NCBI RefSeq assembly: GCF_009914755.1
Contig: NC_060928.1
Strand: one strand, 5' to 3'
Length of the DNA stretch: 64,000 nucleotides
Source: the human T2T-CHM13v2.0 reference genome, Homo sapiens
The notes under the pieces were generated by a model. The model was given only the letters and a program-made list of their open reading frames with translations. It did not search any database and had not been told where the DNA came from. The position numbers and the translations under genes were made by a program. Within the stretch, counting starts at the first letter, position 1. Each line of letters opens with the position of its first letter. Shown here in pieces: positions 51,392-64,000 of this stretch.

Positions 51392-54300
51392 TTATTCACA
51401 AATATTTATGAATATTATGAATATTCATGAAGCTACAGAGCAGCCATGTTCCAGGAGCCCAATAAGTATCTGAACATTCGGTTAACTTTCTTTCAATGAC
51501 AGCCAGTATCTGTTCATCAGATCAACATAACCAAAAGGTAGCATTTATGAAAACAAGGTTTTAAGTGTCAACCCTATTAAAGCGTAACGCCATAAATAAC
51601 TTATTCTAGGTTTCATCCCCCCAAGGCTTGTCAAAATTCAAAAGCCTATATAGTGGCAAGGCCAAGTTCATGGATTCTACCTTTAAGACAGTAAAATTAT
51701 CACCACGATGTTCCACAAATCATTTGTTATCCCAATCTCTACCATCTATTTTGCACGTCATCACACAAAGGTCATACAGAGGACAGAACGCAGTAGTATA
51801 GATACATTTCCTCTCAGCACTTTCCGGAAAACTAAAAGCTTATGCCATTACTAAAGGTTAATTTCTTGTATTCTATTTGAGAGTCTATTTCTTTCAGAAC
51901 TAAAGACAAGATTTACATGACTCAAAAGACAAGATTTGTATGACTGTGAATCAGCATTATAAAAACAGCCCTTGCCTCAAAAACCTATACTGAGCAACAC
52001 AAAACACTGCTTTGGGGACTGGAAGAGATGATAAAATGAGGTGGGAAACAAAGGGAGTAAGTGCCTTAAGAAATTTTAAGAATCATCCTCAAGAAGACTT
52101 TACAACCAACCTAGAAAAATACAAAGGTGCGAACCAACAATAGAGGTCGAAGTGCAGTGCAATTAGCTGTCCATCAGGCAGACAGTAACTACTGTAACTG
52201 TTCATATAAAGATCTGGTTTACTATAAAGTTTTATTAACTTTAATGTTATGAAATGTCTGTATAAAATATGTAGATGCGAATATCAAGGCAGGGAACAAC
52301 AAACTTCAGAAACATGGTTATTTCAAGAGAAGGATGCTTGGCAAAAAGATATGAACAATTTCACAAAACTCCAAATAGTCCCTTTAAAACACATTTTAAT
52401 TTGAAATTTCTTCTGAGAAATCCTTTTTTATCTTAAGGATTAACAGTAGGCACTGCACAGTATCTCACTGCATCACTGACAAGGTATTAACTTCCTGTTT
52501 AGTCGTAATTATAGGTGAAACAAGCATGCGTGTTCATTACACAAGGTACTAAGAATGGATTGAATATTACTAATTTTCTTTCGATCACCACTGAAGGTAA
52601 AGTCACTTAACATTATTCAAAGCCATTCTTTTGTAAGCATTATTTAAAAATGGGCAAAGAAACCCAAATTTAGATTTGAAGCTCTGCTCCATGAAAGCAA
52701 GAAGGGTGTTTTATGGACATTAAAACAAACAAAACAAACAAACAAACAAAAAAAACAAAGATTAACAGCCAAACAGCTGCCCCGTAGTAGAAAACATTCG
52801 ATTACACATTAGCCATGAAATTACAGCAAGGTTAGGATTAATGTAAGTATTTCATACTGAAAAAGGTACAAGAAATCATGATTCACAATTGACAAACATT
52901 TAAATACGACAAATTCAGCTATGAAAAGTTGAAGGTCTCTTTTACAATAGATTATGTTGAAAGTATCATTAGGAGATAAAAATCAGATGTTTCAACAAAG
53001 TATAAAAATACTTCCCTAAACTTTTCCCTTCCCTACATAACAAGGTTGAGGATACAATTCTGAATAAATCTTATCTAATAAGAGAAACTGGGCAGTAAGA
53101 TATTTGGTGAATGCATTCATTTTTAATTATGAAATAACACTGCTATGGTAGCAAGCTCAAGACCACAACATTTCCAAGAATGGAGAGTTTTATTTCATTA
53201 ATTTCAAAATACTGGTTTTGGCAAGGGGAATTAAGTCATTATAATAAAAGACAAACCACATTGTAATAATACTAGTACAAAAAATACAGTATAGAAAATT
53301 TATTTTAAATACCTCCCCTACTAGATCTAATATTCTTGAAAGGTAAATTACAAAGTGACAAACAACTATTCATGTGTTTACATGCTTATTTTCACCACTG
53401 AACGCAGAGATTACCATAGATAAGGACCATCTTCCTCATTTATTCCCTGGGACTAGAATACTACGTCTAATGCAGATTAGGACCTTTACTCCCCTGTATC
53501 TGTGGTTCTTAATCAGAGAGGAGCTTCAGAATCACCTAGAAAATTTTCAAAATTATGTGTTTCCAGGGAAAATGATTTAGTAAGTCTAAGACCCCCATGC
53601 AGCTGTATTTTTTTTTAAATTCTAAACAATCTGACATTTAAAAATAAGTAAACAAGTATAACTGGATTGTAACACAAAGGATAAATGCTCGAGGTATATA
53701 CCCCATTTACCCTGATGTGATTATGCATTGCATACCTGTATCAAAATATTTCATGCAACCCATAAATATATACACCAACTATGTACCCACAAAATTTTTT
53801 TAAAAACTCCAAATGTTCTGGAATATAAATGTAATTCATGTCACACCCAACAATATATAATATTCAGTAAGCTCTTCTATACGCTAACAGATACAAGAAA
53901 ACTGCTATTTAAAAAAAGAATGCAAAAACCAACCTAGGTTTGAGATTTTAATCTGAAACATTTTTTTATCTCAGTGTTACGAACCTAGTTTCTTTTTTAA
54001 TAGATAGATTATAGCAACATGCTGTGGAGAATCCTCAAAGATTGCCTGTCTTGGATAAAAAGGGTCACCTAAACTCAGGGGCAAAGTTTGACAGAGCAAT
54101 CTAGTGACACAGTAGTTCATCCCAGTGATGGAGCATTCAACTTTTTATTTGTATAAATAACAAAAACTAGAATCAACACTGCAGATGAGCATGATGAAAG
54201 AAAAGTATGCAGTGTCAGTAATGCATCCTTTTTCAAATTAAACAAATACTGAGGTCCTATTATTATCAGCATCCTTCAGTCACAACTATCCTACACAGAA

Positions 54301-54714
54301 AGTGAGCTGGCTATCAACAAGCTTTGAGGACCATATATGAAACACATGCAAGACAGTTTACCCAGCCTATATACTAGTTGGGGACAATAAATATATTTTG
54401 TTCACTCTAAGACATCCTAAGCAGTTAACTGGCACATGTTAGTTTTCAGTGCTTGAAGAGACTACCCCAAAAGAATTAAATCCACTTCTACTTTCAAAAT
54501 ATTATTAGCCAAAATCTTAACTCACAAATTAGCTATAACCTAAGAGTAAAGCTAACTCCCAATTACTTAGATGTATAAGTGGGAGAGCAAAGCAGCTTAT
54601 TTCAGGTAACAAACTAAAATCACATACATTATAAAACAGGAATTGAAGGGCCAGGCCACGTGGTGGCTCACGCCTGTAATCCCAGCACTTTGGGAGGCTG
54701 AGGCGGGTGGATCA

Positions 54715-55038
<324 letters not shown>

Positions 55039-58000
55039 TCACTTACTAGTTGTGTGACTAGACGACTATTTCTCTGAGCCTGTTACTTCATCTATAAAAT
55101 TCTCACATCTATCCCACATGGTTGTCTTGAGGATTAAATGAGTTAGGGTTTAGATGAGACTGCATTGTCTTAACTACTGTAATAGATAATACTATATGCA
55201 AAAGTAAACCGTTCTGAATGACAAAAAAAAACTAAAGGATGATATCAAACTGTAGTTGTTAAGAGCACATACTCTGGACCAGGCTGCCTAGGTTCTAATC
55301 CCAACTGTCACAACATGAACCTGGGTCATCTTCTTAACCTCTATGCCTAAGTTTTTCAATTTCGAGATGGAGATAATCTTGAAATTATCTCAGTGGAAGT
55401 GGTGGTAGGAGGGAAACGAAGATCAAATGAGAGTTTTTTAACCCTTTACCCATGGTTTCCCTGCTAGCCGCTTGCTTATAATCATATATAAACACTAAAG
55501 TCATACTTCCAGAAATAAAAACCCTTACGAAAACTTAACAGGGTGTATACAATGAAAACATGAGCTATTCTTTTAGGCTTGGTTCACATATTTATCTTCA
55601 AACGTCCCTAAAACACATATATTGTAGTCCCTGTTTAATGGGAGTGGTAAAATTGTCTACAGCTCTCAATACCAATCAACTTGGAGTGCCACTTTTAACT
55701 CCTGTTGTTTAATAGCCCTATTTAAGACCATATTACAGCTCGTTCAAATAAAGAATACAGGAAAAAAGTTGATTGGTCTAACAGTCAAAAAACTTACTCC
55801 AAGAACACAGCTGAAGCAAAGTATACATTCAAAAGCTCGATCAAATGGACTAAAGGTTAAAACTATTCCAATAATCATTTCAGTAAAATATTAACGAGGA
55901 ATACAGATATATCATAATACTTGAAATGTGGGACCTTCAGACAAGAATAAATTCGAAATAGGTACGTAACACAAGCATACCATACTGACATCAATGGCTA
56001 CTTGACCCCATATTTCTAGAAGAGGTGCCTAAACCGAAGAGCATTCCAGTTCAGAGCTGTCCACTCACTAAAATTGTTGGATGTGGAATGTTTGAAAGTT
56101 GCCTCATGTGATTCTAACATTAACAGCTGAAAAACCAAACCACATGCACACGTCAAAGTTTCTGTAAGTTGAATCAATAATGTTCACATAAACACTGGTT
56201 TTTCCAATATGCCAAGTTTTTATGTTGTGTCTATATTACATAAATCTTCAAAATATTTACAAAAGGAGACAACCTGGTTAACTAAGAGTACTAAACTAGA
56301 AATCAAAGTTCTTAAACAAAAACGGTTTTTAAAAATTATAAATTGTGATATTAAAATAGCAGTAATAACTAGGAGTGTCATGTGCCAAGAGCCTGTTCAA
56401 ATTTGCACATTAATCCATTTAATCGTCAAAACAAATCTAGGAACTTAAAATTTGTTTTGTTCACTGCTGCCACCCCAATGTCTAAAACAGTGCCTGGTAC
56501 ATATTAGGCACACAGTCATTTATTGTTCATATTACAACAGATACCCTTCTTATAGAGGCACATAAACTTGCCCAGAGCTAGAATTCTAACTGGAGCATTT
56601 CTGCTCCAATGTTTACACTCTTAGCCACTGTTATATTGTCTCTCTAAAGCTTTTAAATCATTTAAGTGGTGTCACAGCAGCTGGGTATGACCTGTAAGAG
56701 AAAAAAAATCAGAGGCCTTCCTTTAACGTGTTCTGTTCCACATGCACAAAAAGCTATGGATCTGGTACTATTCCACATTTTAGTGGCCTGAACTAATTCC
56801 AACAGAAAAGATTTTTATTTGTACTGAATGTTATGCTCTTTGTGTAAACCACACTGTAACATACAACTAGGCTTCTCCAATATGTTCCTGGCCTTTAAAG
56901 TGGTCACAAAAAGAGGTAATTATTTCAAAATAATTTTTACTTTAATCCTTAACTCCTAAAAAGCGTTTCTTCCTCTTTTCTTTCATTTCACAAAGATTTA
57001 AATTTGTATTTCGCATAACCCAAAATGACGATGTTATGAAGGCCCAAAACAAAATTCACGATTTCATATCAATACATACTAAGAGTGAAGATTTAAACCT
57101 TCCTCTTTCATGAAACACCAATCTTGCCAAATAAACTCCAGTCATAATTAAATACAGGCAAATGTAGTATCAGGTCTATTTTAGTAAAGGCAAATTCTTG
57201 CCATTCCTCTCAGAACTCTTTTTAAAAAAGTAATCTATTAAAACCAAAGTTTCTAACACTCACCGACACTCCACAATTTTTCTAGTAAGGCTGAATTTAT
57301 TCCATGACATTTTTTTCAAGTTAGCTGTAAACACTCCACCCTCTTCGATTGTGCAACAACCAAACACATCACACAAATACAAGTCACAAAAAAGGGAAAT
57401 ACAGTTTAAGAGTTTGAATTTAGGTAAGTTTTGAGCAGAGGATCTTAGAGCAGTGCACAACGCGATATAAAAGTTAACATTTAACAAATCATATTAATTC
57501 ACATTATTACGAAAGGAGATGCCGGAAAGAGCCTGAACCAGTTAAAGCAGCCGCCATCTTAAAATGCGGGATAGAAGTTAGAGCAAGAAAATGAGACTAA
57601 ACCACCGGAGGTGGAGGTTCTGCTCACTCCCAGAGCTCCGAAAAATCCTAGTTTTTTTTCAACTTAAATCGATAATATACTATCAAACCACATTTCAAGT
57701 AACGAAACAAGGGTGTTATTAAATAGAATGAGGCAAAAATAGGTACATTAGCTTTCCCTTACTGCCATCGCACCCCTTATCCACCCCCACTCTCCAGCCA
57801 AAAGGAAAAGGGAGCTTCCAGAATGCCTTTTACATCAGTTCCCGGTGTCCCTCGGATAAATAGCTTCGGGTGAAAAGCTGCAACTACAAAATACAGGAAG
57901 TGGCAACACTGTGTCATTCCATCTCCTCCCAAACCCACTTATTCGGTGTAACCTGCCCAGAGTCGACTAAGAGTTTCTACTAGACTCACTGACTGACCTT

Positions 58001-58509
58001 CAATACGCAAGACTTCTTCTACCCGACCCTCAGTCAAGTTCGGGACTCGCCAGATTTTTTTTCTCTCCTCCGAGTTTTCTTTCTTACCCCTAGAAGGCCT
58101 AGATAACCTTGATCTCACAACTAAACTAAGTTTTCAAGCACCAAGAATAGGAAGCGCCATGACATCTGCTGGAGCGTCTCTCCGCAATTCGGACCCCCAA
58201 AAAAACTCCTTCTTAAGCAGCAAAAAAATAAAATAATAAAGGCGCCTTAAGTCACTCTCCTCCACCCCTAATTTGCACCGATTCCACTGAAGCACTCAGG
58301 ATAACACCTCACTTGCCACAAGTGTTCTCCGTTTCCTAGCTTTAAACTTCATTTCTTCAAGAAGTATATCTGCGTTCTCCATCCCCCCATGGAAGAAGTG
58401 ATCCAAGAAGTATTTTCAGAATTATGCTTCCTTCCCACCCCCACGCTTTCCTCTTGGCCCGAGCCTTCCTTTTCTCCTACCACCCCATGCCCTTGTCCCC
58501 GCGGGTTAC

Positions 58510-58533
58510 CTTATTAATCCGTTTCAGCGCCAT
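58510..58533 (-). CDS. UBE2D3: UBE2D3 coding exon 1 (MALKRINK); full exon probably 58510-58661 including 128 nt of 5'UTR
   Basis: Minus strand reads acactATG GCG CTG AAA CGG ATT AAT AAG|gtaacc, with a strong Kozak context (A-3, G+4). Candidate acceptor ...tttttgcaaaag| precedes 58661. Confidence 0.97.
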
Positions 58534-59451
58534 AGTGTGTGCTTGTCGTCTGGCTCCTCACTCTCTCGGTGTATGCTCAAAGGTCCGGCCAAAACTCTTG
58601 ATTATCCCGGCGGCGGGGCAGGATTGTCTCGTCTCACACCAGCTCTGCCAGACACAGGCGCCTTTTGCAAAAACGGAGCAGATCAGCACTCGCACAGGCC
58701 CCGAAGAGCCCCTGATGAATCCAGGTCCCTTAAGACAGCCGCGATCCGGGGTGGGTGGGGTGGCGTGGCAAAGCCACCAACAGCCTCTGTACCGTGCTTT
58801 CGGCCCGAAGTGGGGGCGAGGGTGACGGGAAGAGCGGAGGTGGTGGCTACAAGTTTAACTTCCCGGCCTCTAGAAAGGAAGAGACCCGGGTGGGAGAGGA
58901 AGAGGCGTAGGAGAAAGGGGTGGGTGCGGGGCAGGGTCCGGAGCCCAGCAGAGGAGGAGCCGGGGCCTAGTCGGCGCTATACCGGCGTCACTAGGGCAAA
59001 GAAAGGCAAGGGGGGAGGGGGAAGCATAAGACTCCGGACGGACGCCGGGCTGCTTTCGGTTTCTGTCCAAAGGTGCGGCCGGGAAAAGGAAGGAAATAAA
59101 GGAAGGGAGACTTGATGTGTATTGCTATCCTCGCAGCGAGCTATTCTGTGTCACCCCTGACGCCACCGTACACTCACTCCGCCTTCCAGCGCGCTCCCGC
59201 GCGCGCCCGCCCAGCCACCTCCACCACGCGCCCGCGCTGTCCCTGAGGCTCCGGCTTAGGCGCGAGGACGCGCCCATTCCCCCTCCTCCTCCAGCAGGAG
59301 AGGCCGCGGCTTCCCCAACCTTCCCACCCTAACCCACCGCACCCAATAGGCTGGCCGCTCAAGCCGCCCAGGTCCCGCACTGCCCCTCTTACCCGGCCGG
59401 CCACTGGGCCGGCCTCCCTTCCCTGCCCTAGCCGTCCACACCCACGCGTAC

Positions 59452-59600
59452 AGAGGGGCCGGGGCCTCCCTCAAGCTGCGGCCTCGGCCTCCTCCCCGCG
59501 CGGCAACTGGTGCCTCCCCGGCCCTACGGGGCTCACGCGCACGACACAGCCACAAGATGTCCGCTCTGACGGAACTACTGCCAGCTGCCACGCTCCGCCC
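59452..59600 (-). other. UBE2D3: Probable non-coding first exon of UBE2D3 (donor CTCT|gtacgc); other candidate donors follow 59178 (GGA|gtgagt) and 59625 (GCG|gtgaag)
   Basis: Donor-like sites inside the CpG island upstream of the acceptor at 58661; UBE2D3 is known to have many 5'UTR variants. The TSS is not resolvable from sequence. Confidence 0.5.
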
Positions 59601-60019
59601 CTCCCCCTCCTCCTGCCTCTTCACCGCCGCGGATCAGTCCGCCAACGCCGCCGTCCCGAGCACAGGACCGATGTGAGGCCGAAGCCAGACGGCTTGCTTC
59701 CCACGTCCGGGGCCGAGTGAATACGTGTCAAGCCCTTTTCCTTCTCCTTCTCGGAACAGCACCTTCTTACTAAACAGATCGGAGATTGGACCAGGAGGGC
59801 GGGGGAGGGAGGAGGATCATGAGCTGGGGGGAGGGTGAACGAGTGGCGGAAACCCTTAGGCTCAGAGAAGCATCGAGAACCGGAAGGAGACCATGGGAGG
59901 AAGGTAAAGGAAGCAGCCGCTGCGCGATCCAGCCCCACGCCCCTCCCCACAGCGTCCCCCAGTTTCCTCACTTGGTATCGAGGAGACGACTCTCGCGAGA
60001 ACTTCGTGGCTGGCTAACC

Positions 60020-60213
60020 GAAGCGGTAGCTCTGCAATGACTTAAGAGCAGTTTTGTGCGCTTTTCCTGACGGGGTTCCGCCTCCAAAATGCATAAGTTC
60101 TCGCGAGACGCAGTAAGGCACCGGCTCGAACTGGGGCGGGCCACTGCCAGGAAAGCAACGCCCCTGAATGCTTATGCCGGTGGTTGGTAGAGGAAATGGA
60201 ATTCCCCAGACTG
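60020..60213 (+). ncRNA. UBE2D3-AS1: Probable first exon of a divergent antisense lncRNA
   Basis: Plus-strand donors CTG|gtaaga (60214) and CAG|gtgagc (~60346) on the far side of the CpG island. The name is from recall of the locus and the boundaries are uncertain. Confidence 0.4.
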
Positions 60214-61133
60214 GTAAGAGCGCGCGCAGACACAGCCTTGTCTCACGCGCCCAATCAGGAGCGTGTGGTGGGAGGTGCCAAGGATTAATTACCAGATACC
60301 TTTAGTCTAGCTCGAGCCGGGATTTTGAGGTTTCCGGTGGAGCAGGTGAGCAGTATTTACTCGCCTGCCCTCCTGGGCTGGTTATGGTGTGGGAGGAGGC
60401 GCCCCTCGAGATGGGAATAGTAGTTTTAAATAGACCCAGGTTGGCCGCTCATCAGCGCTCCCACGTGCTGAAGTCTAGTGCACGTCTGACCCTAAGGGAG
60501 CAATACTGAGAACAGCAGGGAGCAGGCTGAGTCAAGCTCAATTGAGTGGATGGGGCTAGGACAGAGAGAGTTAGGGGCAGGGTTTTCACTGGTCTCCGTA
60601 ATCAGTCGCTGCCGTCCGCCAAGGTGTAGATGTGGGAACAAGCTTAAATTCTCAAACTTTAGCTTCTGTTGCTGTGTTTCAGTTCTTGAGCCAGAAAGTG
60701 TTGAGACTAATTAGTTAATTAGGTAGAGTTTAGAGTCAGAAAAACAATACAATACTTCCTGAAATATCCAAGTTGGGAGGTGGGATTTACCTCAGTAGGA
60801 TTGGCCTGTTTTAGTCAAGGGTTTAAAGTATGGAGACGGCAGTTATGCTCTCTAGTGTATCCTTCAGGCAAAAGAAAGACCTTAATTTTTATGAGGAATT
60901 TAAAAGTGGGTAAGCACTGACCAGCTTAAGGTTTTTTAACATTCCTTAATGACCCCAGTTACCGAAGTGGAGATCTTCAATTACTTGGAAAAATAAACTT
61001 GTTTTAAAAATACACTTAATTTGAAAACTGTTGCAGAAAGTTTTACCTAATAAAAACTTAACACGTCAACAATGATGAATATAAGTAGTCTAATGTATAC
61101 TGTTCAAGTGACCATGTAGTGTCACTAGTGAAG

Positions 61134-61300
61134 CAGTGTTTCTCAAACTAGTGTCCATAGGAACCACCTGGGGTTTTGTTGAAAATACGACTTTGATTTG
61201 GTAGGGCAGTGGTGGAGCCTGAGAGCCTACATTTCTAACTAGCTCCCAGGTGATACAGATTTTTCTCGTCTGAACCACCCCGTGAGTAGCAAAGCACTGA
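61134..61300. mobile_element. MER5-type hAT element
   Basis: cagtgtttctcaaact...catttctaactagctcccaggtgat. Confidence 0.7.
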
Positions 61301-61696
61301 AGTGCTTACCTCATGGCCTAACTGCTCATGAGGCTCACCTCAGTAACACCTCTGGCCCCTCCCTCCTCCCTGAATAATCTGTGTTCTCTCTCATAGCTAG
61401 CCAGATATACTAAAAGCACAGGACTAGGCATGAAGATGGAGGGAGGAACCCAGATTAGTTATTGCTTCCCATTTGCTTGATATTGGCCTGGTTAGTTATC
61501 TTCTAACCCCGTTTCTTCACCGCTAAAGTAAGTAATAATGACTGTCCTTTCTCACAGGGTGATTGTGTGGTTAAAGTGTCATAATATATGTGAAAGGACA
61601 CTGGAGACTCTACAGTGCTGTATAAATGTCAGTTATTAAAGTAACCAGTCAGACATTAACTGGCCATAGTGTGAAACAAATGTATAGTAGTAATAG

Positions 61697-62898
<1,202 letters not shown>

Positions 62899-64000
62899 AT
62901 TACTAGTAAATGGGCAATTAATCTACCAATCTGAATAATGGTGGTGTGCCAGGGTCTTATTACATGAATTTTTCAGTGAGGCCACGTTATTATAATAACT
63001 TGAGAGTAAGGGGTTAATTAGAATGTATTGATGAATAAACATAATTAACAGATTTTATATATATGTACTTAATATTGTATCTATGTTTTCATGTATCTTT
63101 AATTTTGTTACAGAATATTATAACTTGCCAAAGACACTGGCTCTAGTACAGTGTATACCATTTTATTAGTTTTATTAAATTGTAAATGCTACGGTCCAGA
63201 TTTTATATTCAGAATGCTCATTTACATATTCTGCCTGGACCAAGTAATTTGGAGCCCAGGTCAACCAAATGTTATTTTACATTGTTTGCACAAAAATCAA
63301 ATTGATTTCTATACTTAACAATTCAGAATCTCATTAAGTCAAATTAATATGGTTTAAGAAAGTGTACTTTATTTCATGCTAAGATGTCATTTTGGCCTTA
63401 ATAAGGCTTTTGGCATGTAATGAAGCATGCACAAATCTTTGAGATAAAAATAGAGCATTTTTCCACACAAAAACATATATATACACAAATGTTCAGAGTA
63501 GGGCTATTCTACTTTTTAGTAGAAACAACTCAAATGTCCATCAGCTGATGAATGGATAAAGAAGATGTGATATATGTGTATAATGGAATATTATTATTAT
63601 TATAAGGAACAAAGTACTAATACATGTTACAAAATGTATCTTGAAGCCTTAAAACATTCTGTCAAGTGAAAGAGCCAGACACAAAAGGCCACATACTGTT
63701 TGATTCTGTTTATGTGAAATGACCACAATAGTGCATTCTGTCTTCCAAAAAGCTGGTTTACTTACAAACACAGGTTAAAAAAATATATATTTGTAATACT
63801 GCTTTTGGTGTAGGGTGAGGCACGATAAAGAGACTTTCATTCGGTTTGTCAATCAGTGATACTTAGGTCTGAATAGGCAAGTGGGAGTCTTTCAGGTTTA
63901 GGACAAAGAATGTTAATGTAGTAGAGATCTGTTGATAGAGTCACTCCTAGTTTTCTATTTATTTAAAAAACATCGAATTACTATTAGGTGCTAGACACTG

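Larger units (their letters stand above)
58400..60600. promoter_or_regulatory. CpG island / UBE2D3 promoter, probably bidirectional
   Basis: High GC and CpG density against an AT-rich background; GC boxes, CCAAT (~59343, ~60251) and two TCTCGCGAGA sites. Confidence 0.93.

Noticed and set aside
58424-60233. Long overlapping ORFs including the 192-aa 58537..59115
   Set aside because: An artefact of stop-codon scarcity in GC-rich DNA; low complexity and no recognisable domain.

Overview
Primate (human-like) genomic DNA containing the complete coding region of UBE2D3 (UbcH5c, E2 ubiquitin-conjugating enzyme) on the minus strand. Seven coding exons of 24, 64, 32, 78, 106, 94 and 46 nt (58533 down to 29377) splice into the 147-aa protein MALKRINK...REWTQKYAM. 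There is a ~3 kb 3'UTR ending near 26345 and a CpG-island promoter at ~58.4-60.6 kb that is probably bidirectional. Positions 1-26 kb are intergenic and almost entirely nested repeats (L1, Alu, LTR/ERV, Tigger, Charlie). Nearly all ORFs in the supplied track are repeat-derived or chance frames. The most notable signals are: a duplicated C-terminal cassette exon (YNRLAREWTEKYAML*) that replaces Ser138 with Ala and sits next to RBFOX/QKI motifs; a GC-AG intron; tandem poly(A) signals; two TCTCGCGAGA palindromes; and several candidate unannotated exons. I do not see convincing evidence for a wholly new biological system. Repeat boundaries and subfamily names are approximate and come from recalled consensus sequences.
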